A DNA stretch of 61,260 nt, filler included, from Sphacelaria rigidula (Eukaryota), in the NCBI GenBank assembly GCA_964200075.2. It is 7 parts of 7 records of this genome, joined end to end, with 100 filler letters (N's around TTAATTAATTAA, not from the genome) between each part and the next. Parts side by side here need not be neighbours in the genome. Positions count along the whole stretch, not along the records: positions 43,831 to 52,495 come from CAXNAA020010453.1; positions 52,596 to 61,260 come from CAXNAA020010454.1; 5 more parts are not named here. The stretch is one strand, 5' to 3'. Below are positions 50,181 through 61,260 of the stretch, one piece after another; position 1 is the first letter of the stretch, and the number at the start of each line of letters is the position of its first letter. The notes under the pieces were generated by a model. It did no database searches and was not told the origin of the DNA. It was given only the letters and a program-made list of their open reading frames with translations. A program made the position numbers and the translations under genes.

Positions 50181-51619
50181 TTGCTCAATTGTAATGCTCA
50201 ATCTTCTTCAGGCACTGGACTCCGCTCAAATGTTCACTGAATCCCTTGTAAAATCAGGTTTATTTCCCTTGTGGATACACAGCCGGAAAATTTCTTCGAC
50301 CGTACGGCGTTTGTTTTGGAAATCTATCTTGCGATGCGCTTTACTGCACTAGAACGCTTAAGGCGCAAGTTCTGCTGCTGTTCTACTTAATTGTATCAGA
50401 CGCTGAGTGCGGGACTCTCTCGAAATCCTCCTTCAAATCCTTCTCTTGTGCTCGACGACATGAAAACGCTCTGCGCGTGAACATCTTTCAAGCTTATATT
50501 CTTCTCTCTACTTTATGCCTTGAATCAGTGTTACTGTAACCGCGACCTGTGAAGCTCTTCGTAACGCTAGCGTAATGAAAGCCTCTCAAAGGAGGTGCTC
50601 TGGACGAAGGAGGATGTGTGGTAACTCTTCTGTGTTGATCTCTTCTACCATGTACTCACCCAACACCAACCGTACAAGCTCCACGCGAGCTGCGCCCACA
50701 CCACCGAAATATGTAGAATGCAGGTACAAAACGTAAAGTGCCGCTGCTGGGGCGCACAGAACACATCGCCTCGTGTGCGTCACATCTAGTCATAGCACAA
50801 TATCTGTCCCCCCCGTACCTTTGATACATCGTCAACCTACCCCGTAATGTACCCGAGTTATTCCCAGTACATGTGCACTAGGGTTCAGATCGGCAACATA
50901 CAAATAGACTCTTCCCATGATTTTTCGCGATTTTTTGTCCAACTAACTGCTGATCTGGCCAAGAAACAAACTACGATCACCGAAAAACGCAAATATTTCG
51001 CGGAATATCTCTCTCGAAGAATATTATTGTAGCAAGTCGGTATCAGGCTGCGTGGTCCATCTCAACCTCCTCTCGGGCGAAAAACGGCGCGCAAGAGGGA
51101 AGAAATCAGGTCCTCCAGAGATTCGTTTATCGGATTACTAGCCGAAGGCCCTCCTAATAATGCGCACACTGATGTTGGCGGTCACGTGCCAACATCCGGA
51201 AAACACAAGAAATATGATATCCAAGGAACACAGTGGAGGGGATATTGTCGCCACCCCCGGGTTTCTCTCCCGTTCCTCTTGTAGATAATATGGGATTGTG
51301 TGAGGAAGGCGTATCGCTAGAGTAGACAGAGGCCGACGGGGGAAACGGCCGTCCTGATGCCGAAGGAACTCCGAGGCTGGCGATGATTTCCTCTTGTATA
51401 GGTAGGCAAGAAGTGGGTCAGACGAAAAGTGGTCGGCAGGGGCGACCAGTTCCTCGGGGGACGTTAGACCGTCCTAATATCAGGCTCTTGCTGGCATCAC
51501 CCCGGGTTGTTTAGTTTTGTTGGTATCCCAGGGATGTCGGTAATCTGGTCCTTCCGGACCGATCCTACCTTGTACCTGCTTACGCTGGTTCTTCATACAT
51601 GTGTGGCATCAGTCTCTGA

Positions 51620-52115
51620 TGCGTCACTGCAAAGAGGTGTCTTCCAATTGTACAAATTGGGGATGTGTTTCGGGGGGGGGGGGATGGGGACCCCGGAGGA
51701 TTCAAATCATCGTATCCACAACAAATTTTCGAAATATGGTTATATTTTTTCACCTGCTGCTGTTGGCTATTAACAACTACTACATGCCGTAAATATTTGG
51801 ATTTCGATAACCGAAATGTTGGGGTCGTAGGTGAACAACCACTTTTGGACAATTTCGGCGATCTGATCGCATCATCTGAATTCCCCCATTTTTTTCACCT
51901 ACTAGGACCCCAGCATTTCGGTTATCAGGATCCAAATTTGTATGGCATGTAGTAGATAGCCGATGGCTACCAGGAGGTGAAGGAGTGGAAGTATATTGCG
52001 AAGACTTGGTGTGGATACGAAGATTTTAATTATCCGGGTTCTCATTGACAAATCCGTCCCCAATTGGTAAAATCCCGTGTTAGACGCCATTCCATCCGGA
52101 GCTTTGACGTGGATC
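51620..52115. repeat. Diverged ~500-bp foldback inverted repeat
   Basis: Examples: ctactacatgcc...gataaccgaaatg.tggggtc (51777-51828) versus its inverse (51905-51954); cgtatccaca versus tgtggatacg. Confidence 0.75.
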
Positions 52116-52149
52116 ATCGCATTTTTTGTGCTGTTTTCTCGAACGTACT

Positions 52150-52310
52150 GTGGTAAGAGTCAGCAGTGAGTCGTGCGCAGCTCGTCGTACTGGTCCTGCT
52201 TCAACTTCCATGTAGAGGATCCATAGACCAGTGCTTGGAGTACTTCGAGCTCTAGCGTCCAGATAATGAGATCCGGCGGCGCTGCTGATACTTCATTGCC
52301 GCACGGGAGT
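52150..52310 (-). mobile_element. Short RTE-type LINE fragment (post-RT region)
   Basis: EVLQALVYGSSTWKLKQDQYDELRTTH resembles the RTE motif LLYG..TW. Confidence 0.5.
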
Positions 52311-52808
52311 TGAGAAATTCCCTCTTCGATTACACAAGTCGTGCGCGGCGTTTGTATAATTGGTGCACAGTATCTGTGGTGGAGCGTACCTCTTCCCCAC
52401 CTGTCGCGAGTGTCCGTCGCGTCGATTGTGTTATGTAGGATGTGTGTTGTGTGTGTTGTCGTCCCATTTATTCTGGGCACCAGTCTACACCTTTCNNNNN
52501 NNNNNNNNNNNNNNNNNNNNNNNNNNNNNNNNNNNNNNNTTAATTAATTAANNNNNNNNNNNNNNNNNNNNNNNNNNNNNNNNNNNNNNNNNNNNATTGT
52601 AGGGATGCGAGGTCAATGGTCTGATGACTATGGCAAGCATGATCATGAGTACACCCCCCCCGCGCGCTACCGTAGCATGACTCATGAGTCGTCTCGTGCA
52701 GGTTGGTGAGTCAGGCTGTGAAAACCGCCTCGCCCGGCCCCGCCCTGCCTCGCCCCGACCGCTCGTCCTTTCCCTGCTCCGCTGGCGCCTTCGTGTGATT
52801 TTGCACAG

Positions 52809-52910
52809 TTGCTGGAGAGAATGAAGACGCCTAAGGATACGAGCGCGGGCAGGGGGTGGTTCAACATGGAGGAGGCCGAAATGACCCCCGAACTCAAGCG
52901 AGACTTGCAG
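52809..52910 (+). CDS. FCF2: Fcf2 exon a
   Basis: Acceptor cacag, donor gtgtg; GWFNM...TPELKRDLQ. Confidence 0.9.
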
Positions 52911-55900
52911 GTGTGGGACTTTTGGAGAAATTGATTGACGTTCAGTTGCACACTTTGGACAGGTCACGATCCGTCTCAAAATTTACTTCATCTCAGTATA
53001 CTGATCCGGATCACTTAACCCCCTTTTTTCCGTGTTTGCTCCCCACCGCGCTGAAGGCCCAGCACGCCGAGTAGAGCAAAGGTTGCGCTCCGGCTTTTCT
53101 GACTCAGCGGTCGCATGTTTTGTGTTTTTCGACCAACGGGTCCGAGAGTCTTGCTCGATCACTTATTTCAGACGGATCATGATCTGTCCGACTTGTGGTT
53201 AGTTGATACGTTGTACGTCAACTGACCCCCGAGGATTCCGGCTTCAGCCACGAGAGACACGTACGCGAGTAATCGGTTGGTTGATTAGTTGGATTGATGT
53301 TCGCACATTAACTGGTCTCAGAGGGACCTAATATAGCTGTGGTCATAATCTACAAGATTGATGGGTGCACGTACCCCAGGCGAACAAAAACGGAAACACT
53401 AGGTGAAGGAGAGTGAAGAAAACGGAACGATAGAACAGACAAAAATAGAAGACTGATGGAGAAAAAAGACAAAGCAAGTGGTACTGAGAAGAAGGCGCCA
53501 GGGGAGGGGGGGGGGGGTGAGAGAGCGTGAAGAGAAGGAGAAGACATTTGAAGTATTCCTTTTTCGGTTGACAGCAATTTTTGCAGTTTTTTTATGACCA
53601 CGACTCATCATGGTTACCATTTGATTCTCAACTTCGGAGGGGGAGAGATATATGAGCACCTGGCACGAATTCCGGCAAAACGATATTTTCGACGATTGAT
53701 TTAGAACGAGTTACGGGCTAAGCGGTCGGTGAGGGTCCCACGGTGTACAGTCCCAGGCTCTCACTCTTCGATGTTTTCGCTCGACCGAACCGATCCGGAT
53801 TGCTCTGATGAATGATCTATGGTTCAGTTAAGGTTTTCATGGTTTGCGCTACAGCCGGAAAAATCGGGTGTGAATGATATACGGTCAATAGCACCCCCTC
53901 GATAAACGGGGTTTTCCTCCGTGTACCGTTCCGAGAACACAAAATTGGAGAGTATGTCGTGAGTATGACCTGCTTCTTCGTCCAACACCTACCGACCCCT
54001 GAAACTTTCGAGAGAAAATTATGGATCCGTCTGCGGAAAACCCGCCTTAACCCTTTTGGAACCGTTGATGGAAAAATGACGATTTACATTTGACCTTTTT
54101 CGTGGGCAAGATATGGTCGTTTTTCTTCAACAGCTGATGGTGCAGCCCCACCAAAAAACGGTGCACCACCTTATGTTCAAGTACACTAATGTCACAGATT
54201 CGTGCACCGAACTCGCAGTGACGTTTCCCCGGTGACGAAAGCTCGCATATGGGAGTTTGTATTGTTTTTCGCGAGTTCCGAAAGGGTTAAAAATGGAGCA
54301 ACTATCTAAATGTAGACTTGACTCATGCACGATGCGTAGCATGATCTTCGGCTGTTCCGCTTGGTCGCACATGGGCAAAAAGTATCTCCCGGGTGGGGAA
54401 AGTTCTGATCAGGTTTTTGTTGAGTAAAAGGCTGTACTATGCATATACATATACAATGATATCTTGTATCGAACATCTTGTCCCGGTCGTCATACTCGGA
54501 CGTACGTACGTACCTACCTACGCCGCTCACTCCCTCATTTTTTTTTTTGCTTTTTGCAACGTAATAAAAAGTCCGAAATTTGCAAGCATAGTTCGGTTTG
54601 ACGAACGATCGCTCGTACGGTAGGCGAGTCATGTTCCACGAAGAGAAGCCTGTTTTTTTTTTCTAATGGAATTTTCTTTTCCGTCCGATTTTTCTTTTTC
54701 TTCAGCGAGTGTTTCAGTTTTGTCTTTCTCTTGGGTACGTCTATCATGTGACCACGGCTGGATCATGACCCCTGGGGGGTCAGCTAAAGTGCGATAATCC
54801 AATAATCTATCAATTGAATCAATTAAGGGAACGCGAATCTCGCCTGTGTACCCTCAATAGCGGGACTTTTCCGGGTGCGACGCTATGTACGAAGCCTTGA
54901 AATCGTGATAGTTCAAGGCGATACATCGAACATACTGGAATATGTATGGGAATTATGTACTGTAAGCACTTCTCAATTACTCCAGTGATGTTTATGTGCA
55001 CATAGGGAGAGATCTAAGGATTAACCCCTTCGGAACCCAGCCCTGATTTCTGTTTTTGTGAATCGGCATCATTTTGACTTAACCCTTTTGAACCTCACAA
55101 TGGCAAAATTGATCATTCGAGGTTTTTGAGCAGATATGGTTGATGGTTTACAGCTCAGATGCAACAACATTCGCCAAATGCGCATTCTTCAGACCCGTTC
55201 GAGTGACAAGTGGAACAAAATATGGTTTCCTATTCACCGATGTGCCGTATCAGACGCTGGAACCTATTGCTGTTTTCTTGAAGGATTGTTTCATAGTGTT
55301 TTTGCGGATTATTGACGATGGATACAATTGGATACATTTCATCCGTTGCGTGGTATGATTGGACAAACCTCACCCGACCTTTCCAGGAAGGACATTTTTC
55401 CTCCACCCGTCGCGCGTGCTGCGGGGTTTTTCTTCGGTCTTCCATTATGAAATGGTTGCCATCGGCCTTTTCTGCTTCCATCTTTTACTTTTTGTCAGCG
55501 CTTCTCATAATGAGGCGTTTGGCCCGAGGACAGGAGTGGAGGGTTCCAAAAGGGTTGAAAATGACTGAAAATGAATCCGATTCACAACAACAAATATCAG
55601 CACTGGGTTCCCAAAGGCTTCAGCAGTAAATGGATTTGCTACATGAAAATATGTACGCAGCTGCAGCAGATTTAGAGATCGTAATGACTCATCTGGAACA
55701 AATGGAAACAGGTTGGTTGGATCTGATTTTATTCGGTTCCCTTATCCATCACACGGTAACTCTTCCCCCCCCCCCCCATCCCTCTGGAACCAAATGCTTC
55801 TACAAGGTCATCCGGATGCGTAACTACGTTGATCCCAAGCGGTTCTACAAGGCCTCGGACAAGGTCTCCAAGTTCATGCAGGTATAATAGGTGTGAGCAC

Positions 55901-57848
55901 GAACACTTTTTTTTTGCCAACTGTTGATCACAGCGCGTTTTATTTTTATTTTTATTTTTATTTTTATTTTTTCTTATTTTTCTCGCACGTAACCAACCCT
56001 GTTTGTGCATTTCGTATATCATTTCGAGCACTTGTTCTTCGCCTTATTGTTGTTGTCGTTATTGCTGCTGCTGCCTTTACAGCGAGGCTCGCCGCGGAAC
56101 AAAATAATTTTGTTTATTGTTCTTGTCTCGCCCGATCCTGTATCGTTTTGTATATTTTCAATTTTTTACATACTGGACAAATGAATACGCTGTCGAAAAG
56201 TGTACTGCGTACAGTATCGACTACTGCGCCTATTGCGATAGACAATAGATTCCATATTGCACGCAGTACATTTTTTCACAATAGAATCTATTGTCCAGGG
56301 TGTGCAATTTTTCGCGAACATAGCATCAAGGTCCAACTTGCGTAGTTCCTGACCGTTCCTCGGCCGTTTTTTTTTTTCTTCTCCCTCACCCAACCGTTAC
56401 CCCGCGAATGGGTTCGTGTGCCGATTACCCCGGAGGCTGGGATAGACCTCCTCGCGGCAGTCATGTAGGGTAGGCACCCCGAGCGTTCGGAAAGGTTTGC
56501 TCGAGGTAGTATGGGAGTCGAACCCACTGAAACCCCCTGTCGAGTTTGTGCAGTACACGCGCCGCGCTACTCTCATGAGCTTCGGCCTCAGTGCCGTGGC
56601 GTCCATGATGGGGCGGGAGACTGACTGCTTGGCGTAGTATTATGAAAGATATGGGGGTTGGACGAATCAATGATTCGTCCGGAAATTACTTGATTCTAGT
56701 GTGATTGATTCGTGCGGTACGAATCAATCCTTATGCTTTGTTTTCGGCGTTGCAACCCAGGTAGGTACGCGCAGCCCAGGCACGTGGAGTAATGGCCCAG
56801 AAGTTGCGTGCAGACCTGTTTGACCAGCGGTCGACTTTTTTTTCTCTCTTTTCGATCAATCAGGCGTAAGAAATTGTGGATTTGGTGATTCGAACAGACG
56901 ATGATTTGTCCGAACCGTGGAAAGTTTGGTGTTCTGAGACAAACGTATCCTGCAGGCGTTCGTGTAGCGATACGCACCAAGCGGACGGGCGTGTGTCCAT
57001 ACGACTGGATGAATCGCTCCACGTGGTGACATGTGCTGTGATTTCTGGATGTGCTGTAAGTGACGGGGAGGCGAACCCTTGTCGCCCGCGCACAAAACAG
57101 ATGGCTATCTCGCGCAATCAAAGTCCGCATAGTTGAAGTCATGACCCATGCGGTATTGATTTTCGTGTGGTTCCGTTTTTTTTTTTTTTTTCCCGGTAGT
57201 CCGAAATCATTCACGTCCTGCTTTGTGTGTGTGTGTGTTTGTGCAGTCAGGGCTCTGCTGTAAGTAAGACTCGGTCGGACCCCCTCTTCGAATAAATATT
57301 TCAGTTTTTCCTCCCCTCTATGTGTTGTTCTCCGCGCAGAGGAGATGATCGTACTATGTAGTGTTGAAATGGTGAGACACCCATGAGGCAGTGTGTAAAC
57401 CATGGCTGTCTCTGGAAGTGACCATACCAGAAAATGAAGCAACTCATTGGAGGTTGTCATCCAAATGCAAAATAATCGGTACGCTTCGGACCGAACAATC
57501 TTAGCAGGATGTAGCTCACCCTTCATGCGACTCGCCGAACACACCATGGCGCTTCGTGATTCGTGATCGTGATTGATTGCGAGTCTGGTCCAGCGCAAAC
57601 CTGGCGTGCTCCGTCCCGGCTTTTGTAGGGATGCGAGGTCAACGGTCATATGACTATGGCATGCATGACCATGAGTACACCCCCATCCTCAGTATCCCAG
57701 TTGAAGCCGACATCATTTTTGAGTGTATTTGATGGTTGTTTTTCTTTCTGCCGCGAAAAAATATATCTCGATGCGTGTTTATTCACGCAGTGCGTTCAAG
57801 GGTGGTGAGAGGCAATTTTGAATGACAGTTCAACTCCGTTCGCTTTGT

Positions 57849-57894
<46 letters not shown>

Positions 57895-60228
57895 ATGTCT
57901 ATTTTTCATGGTTGCATGTTTTGCTTTGCTTTGCTTTGTTTTGTTTGGTTATGTGTTCTGTTGTCGAGTCGAAACCGGCGTAGATTACTTTTTTTGATAA
58001 AAAGGAGTGGACGTGAATATTATTTTAATCATGAAAACAAAAGCGTTTTGTTGATGAAATCTCTGTATTTCCTTTTCCCCTACGTGTGCGTGTGTGTATG
58101 CTTGTGGTGTATTTTCGGGTATATCTGTCGTTTTGTTTTTGTGCAGGTTGGCACGGTGAAGGAGGGGCCGGGAGAATACTTCAGTGCACGCCTCACCAAT
58201 AAGGAGAGGAAGAAAACCTTGGTCGACGAATTACTTGTGGCGGACGAGAAGTTCAGGTTTGTGTGACGATCCAGAGAAATCACTCAAGAAGGAGAACACT
58301 AACACTAACACAATAAAGGAACACGAAGAACAAAGCATGCTCCCCCCCTCCCCCCCTCCCCCCCCACCCCCTCTTCCACCCATGCCTACCCATAATTTAG
58401 TTTCATGTTTTCCCCAAGTAAAGTAAATTTGACGTACGTGTAAAGCATACATATCCGAGATTTGGAGTTGATGTCACTTTACTCCTGTCACGTGCCATAC
58501 TTTTACTTCGTTTTTTTGTCATACCTCGCCGCCCCTCTTCCCCCTACCCCCTCCCCCCTACCCCGGCGCTGCCAGCAAGAAGAAAGAGATTTACCAGTAG
58601 TCGAGAGAAGAAGGAAGTAGATGTACAGAATTGCCCCGGTGGCAAAGCAATAGAGAGCAAAAGTCATAATAGTGGCAGAATGTGCACTATACAAAGAGGA
58701 ACGAGACGTGCTAGAGGGGGAAATGTGGGACGTGACCGGAGGTGGTGTGAAAACGTTCAAGGGCAGGTCGAGTAGAGTACACTCATTACTCAGTATTTTT
58801 GGAGAGTCATACTTTTAGGACTAAAATTTTGAGTAGAGTACTGGAGGTCTCACTCGATCTACTCAAAAATTGAGTAGAGTACTGAGGTCATATCCAAGTG
58901 ATACCCTATACTCAAGCGTTACTGAGGGTGCTCACTCAATATTTAATCAGAGTGGTGGAGGTCGTACTCAATCTACTCAAAATGTGAGTAAAGTATTTGA
59001 GGACGCACTCAACCTACTCAAAATGTGAGTAGAGTATTTGAGGCCGTACTCGACCTACTCGACCTGCTCTTGAACTCGTTCGATTCATTAGACAGTAGCG
59101 AAAAAATGATGGCTATACTAGGACATATATGGTGGCCACAGACGGCGAAACAGGACGGGGATAGGATATGTACAAGGTTTTGTGTATTGTATGGAAGAAG
59201 AGTATTGAGCACCGAAATATTGGCGGTGTCTCTATTAGGAGTAGGAATGGTGCTCCGTCTCGAGAGGGATGCGTGGTCAATGGTCCAATAACTGTGGCAA
59301 GCAACAAATGAGCACCCCTCCGCCCCGCGCTTGGTGATGGCGAGCCTGGTCCGGCGAAAACCCGATGTCCTCGGTTCCGGCTCTGTAGGGATGCGAGGTC
59401 AATGATCTTATGACTACGACATGCAATATCATGAGTACTCCCCGCCCCCACCCACCCCCACGCCTTCCTCGGGACGAGACCACGGTCTCGAGGGGTCAGC
59501 CTATCTCTCCCCGGTACACGCGTGGCATTTTGGTACCGTGGATTGGATCATAACTAAGCACCGCCGTGCCGCGTCCACTTTTGAATCGTTTCGAGTGTTT
59601 TTCACGCTACTGCGCATTGAACGTCATGACGTTTTCAACGATGAAAACTATTTTCGCTTTTTCTTTCTGTCGTTTGTCTCCCGTTTTCCCTCAGTTTTTT
59701 CACTCCTTTCGTTCTCTCGTCTTTTTGCTTGTTTTTTTCCCCTTTTCTTCGTTGTTCCCTCCCCTTTCTCGAGTTTTTTTTTCTTGTTTTTTTTAGCGAG
59801 TGTTTCCCGTCGTGTTTACCTTGGTCAAGTCTGTTGTATGACGCTGTATCCTTCGAGAATTAGTTCATGTGCGACCATCAATCAATCAAATCAATCAGAG
59901 AAAAAAAAATGACGTCTGCTGGAATTCGAAACATCAAACTTCCAGCCTGTCCGGCTTTATAGATGGGCCAATTATACCACCGAGTCACCACCTACGAAGC
60001 AAGTCGACCGTGCTTCCCCTGTTCTGATATCACTTGCTCTCATGGCGTGTGCATTGGCCCTCTCCCAACTTTGGCGACTCGGTATTTGCCGTGTCATATC
60101 TCACAATCATCCACAGGGAGTACTCCAAGCGACAGTCCGACTCGATCCAGCAGAAGAAGAGGGCCGGCGGCAAGGCACACTACAAGGCGAAAAAACGCAA
60201 AAGACCGGCGGGAGGATGGAAGGCTTGA
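52809..60228 (+). CDS. FCF2: Fcf2 pre-rRNA processing protein (DNTTIP2/TdIF2 C-terminal domain), 3' part, 4 exons
   Basis: Exons 52809-52910, 55807-55881, 58147-58256 and 60117-60228(TGA) join to ...SAGRGWFNMEEAEMTPELKRDLQVIRMRNYVDPKRFYKASDKVSKFMQVGTVKEGPGEYFSARLTNKERKKTLVDELL...EYSKR...GGKAHYK, the Fcf2 signature. GT-AG with consistent phases. Confidence 0.93.
54051..54286. mobile_element. piggyBac-like MITE (TTAA TSD, CCC...GGG ends)
   Basis: TTAA|CCCTTTTGGAAC ... GTTCCGAAAGGG|TTAA. Confidence 0.75.
55025..55618. mobile_element. piggyBac-like element with doubled (nested) termini
   Basis: Outer ends TTAA|CCCCTTCGGAACCCAG ... CTGGGTTCCCAAAGGC|TTCA; inner ends TTAA|CCCTTTTGAACCTC (55083) ... 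GAGGGTTCCAAAAGGG|TTGA (55554). Confidence 0.65.
55807..55881 (+). CDS. FCF2: Fcf2 exon b
   Basis: Acceptor caag, donor gtata; DPKRFYK. Confidence 0.9.
56367..56610 (-). mobile_element. Poly(A)-tailed SINE-like retroposon
   Basis: On the minus strand: B-box-like GGTTCGACTCC, 3' stem-loops and an A-rich tail (T run at 56367-56377). Confidence 0.45.
57333..57685 (+). mobile_element. SINE-like family A, longest copy (Fcf2 intron)
   Basis: Matches 9722-9933, 42008-42350 (minus) and the 3' fragments at 4575, 35129, 52596 and 59340. Confidence 0.78.
57847..57892 (+). repeat. (GT)n microsatellite
   Basis: Visible directly in the sequence. Confidence 0.95.
58147..58256 (+). CDS. FCF2: Fcf2 exon c
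   Basis: Acceptor tgcag, donor gtttg; VGTV.EG..EYFS.RL..KERK.TLVDELL. Confidence 0.92.
58769..59060. repeat. Minisatellite, ~40-bp unit (GAGTAGAGTACTGAGGTCGTACTCAATCTACTCAAAAT-like)
   Basis: About 7 degenerate units, each internally palindromic (GAGTAG...CTACTC). Confidence 0.8.
59070..59315 (+). mobile_element. 3' end of a LINE (C-terminal coding remnant plus tail)
   Basis: FDSLDSSEKMMAILGHIWWPQTAKQDGDRIC..., then GGVSIRSRNGAPSREGCVVNG in a shifted frame, ending in the family A tail motif. The LINE assignment is from recollection of similar brown algal sequences and has not been checked by search. Confidence 0.55.
60117..60228 (+). CDS. FCF2: Fcf2 terminal exon
   Basis: Acceptor cacag; basic tail; stop TGA. 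Confidence 0.85.
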
Positions 60229-61260
60229 AAAAGGAGCCCGGGTTAATTCCTAAAATGCGCCCCCCAACCCCGTACCCCACCCTGGACCTATTCATTCCCC
60301 CAGAAACTGCAGACAGAAAGAAAAAANNNNNNNNNNACAACAAAAGGCAAAAAAACCAAAAAAACCGGGGGGGGGGTGGAAGGCTTAAAAAAGGAGCCCG
60401 GGGTTATTCCCCCCCCCCCCCCCCCCCCCCCTTACCTCTGCCGGGAATAGCGTCCCAAGATAGAAGCGACAGGCAACACCGAAAGCTGTTATGCTGTTAT
60501 GTAGGTGATCCTCGCAGAGGGCGTATCGATTGAATTCTACTGTCAGCCCCCCTGCATGAAAATTCCAACTACGAATCAAATTGCGATAGCCATGTACTTC
60601 GATTTGCGACCGTCAAGTCTGACCAGTCAAGTCTCACGATACCTTCGGTCACATGAACAAGGCTGGATTGAGTTGTTTTTCAGTGCGTTCAGTCTACAAG
60701 TGAAGGTCAACACAGGGAGCACCGATGAAGGTGAAAAGTACTGAGGGTGCCCATGAATAACGTATGATGTTTGGCGGGCAGCGGGATGATTGTTTCGCAT
60801 CGCAGGGCTTCGTCTCAACTCGGCAAAAAAAAGAAGCGTGGACCGATCCTTTGTAATGAGACCCTTCCTTATGGCGAACAAAATAAAAGTCCAGTAAGAA
60901 TGCTTTTTGGCCCTTCGTCATTTTACGCCGTAGAAGAGAGCAAGGCGGAATAACTTCCCCTACTTGTTGAGACGGTTCCAGGACGTCTTCGCGTTCTCCG
61001 GTGGCCGCGTTTTTTCGTCCAAACTTGCACTTTTGTCCAAGAAAAGTCAAGAACGGTGAAATCTAAGAAAAATTTCCGTTTCTCTCTCGGCTTGACCTTG
61101 ACCGTCTCTGGACGAAAAATGGACACCCTGGGCAATATACTACATATTGAAAGTGTAATGCGTACAGTATTGGCTTTTGTGTCTATTGCATTAGAGGGAA
61201 ATGTACCAATTAAGATACGCTTAAGGCACCTGGCGGGAAAAACTCTATATCTTGGGACCC

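Noticed and set aside
56420..56460. HDV-like ribozyme suggested by TCCCAGCCTCC on the minus strand
   Set aside because: I could not build the P1/P2/P3/P1.1 nested pseudoknot; a simple hairpin explains the sequence.
56696..57649. 317-aa minus-strand ORF, the longest in the track
   Set aside because: It runs through a SINE-like repeat, a GT tract and poly-T inside the Fcf2 intron, with no protein-like motifs.
58769..59060. CRISPR-like array of palindromic repeats
   Set aside because: The units are degenerate tandem repeats with no unique spacers, in a eukaryotic intron, with no cas genes.
60337..60432. Second copy of the Fcf2 stop-codon region (tggaaggctt.aaaaaggagcccgggg)
   Set aside because: It follows a 10-N gap and is homopolymer-degraded, so it is most likely a low-quality read overlap rather than a real duplication.

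Overview
Intron-rich, TE-rich eukaryotic nuclear DNA, most likely a brown alga (Phaeophyceae; inferred from a spliced mannitol-2-dehydrogenase, long GT-AG introns and the repeat families). The window is not one locus. It is seven separate contigs (1-8666, 8767-17432, 17533-26198, 26299-34964, 35065-43730, 43831-52495, 52596-61260; five of 8666 bp, two of 8665 bp) joined by an artificial 100-bp linker (44 N + TTAATTAATTAA + 44 N), so gene neighbourhood across linkers means nothing. Four partial host genes can be rebuilt exon by exon with consistent phases: mannitol-2-dehydrogenase (7 exons, minus strand), the 3' end of a thioredoxin-fold protein ending in a MANF/ARMET_C-like CxxC domain (4 exons, plus), the GED end of a dynamin-related protein (2 exons, minus) and Fcf2 (4 exons, plus). 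The rest is decayed Ty3/Gypsy (with chromodomain), Ty1/Copia and LINE fragments, a deleted plant-type mariner, several MITE families (TTAA/piggyBac-like, 4-bp TSD, foldback), SINE-like repeats including one sharing its 3' tail with a LINE, a tRNA-Met-like relic and simple repeats. I found no convincing new multi-gene system. The best leads are the Trx + ARMET_C protein, the SINE/LINE shared tail, the unusual MITE ends and possible Ulp1-like protease relics.
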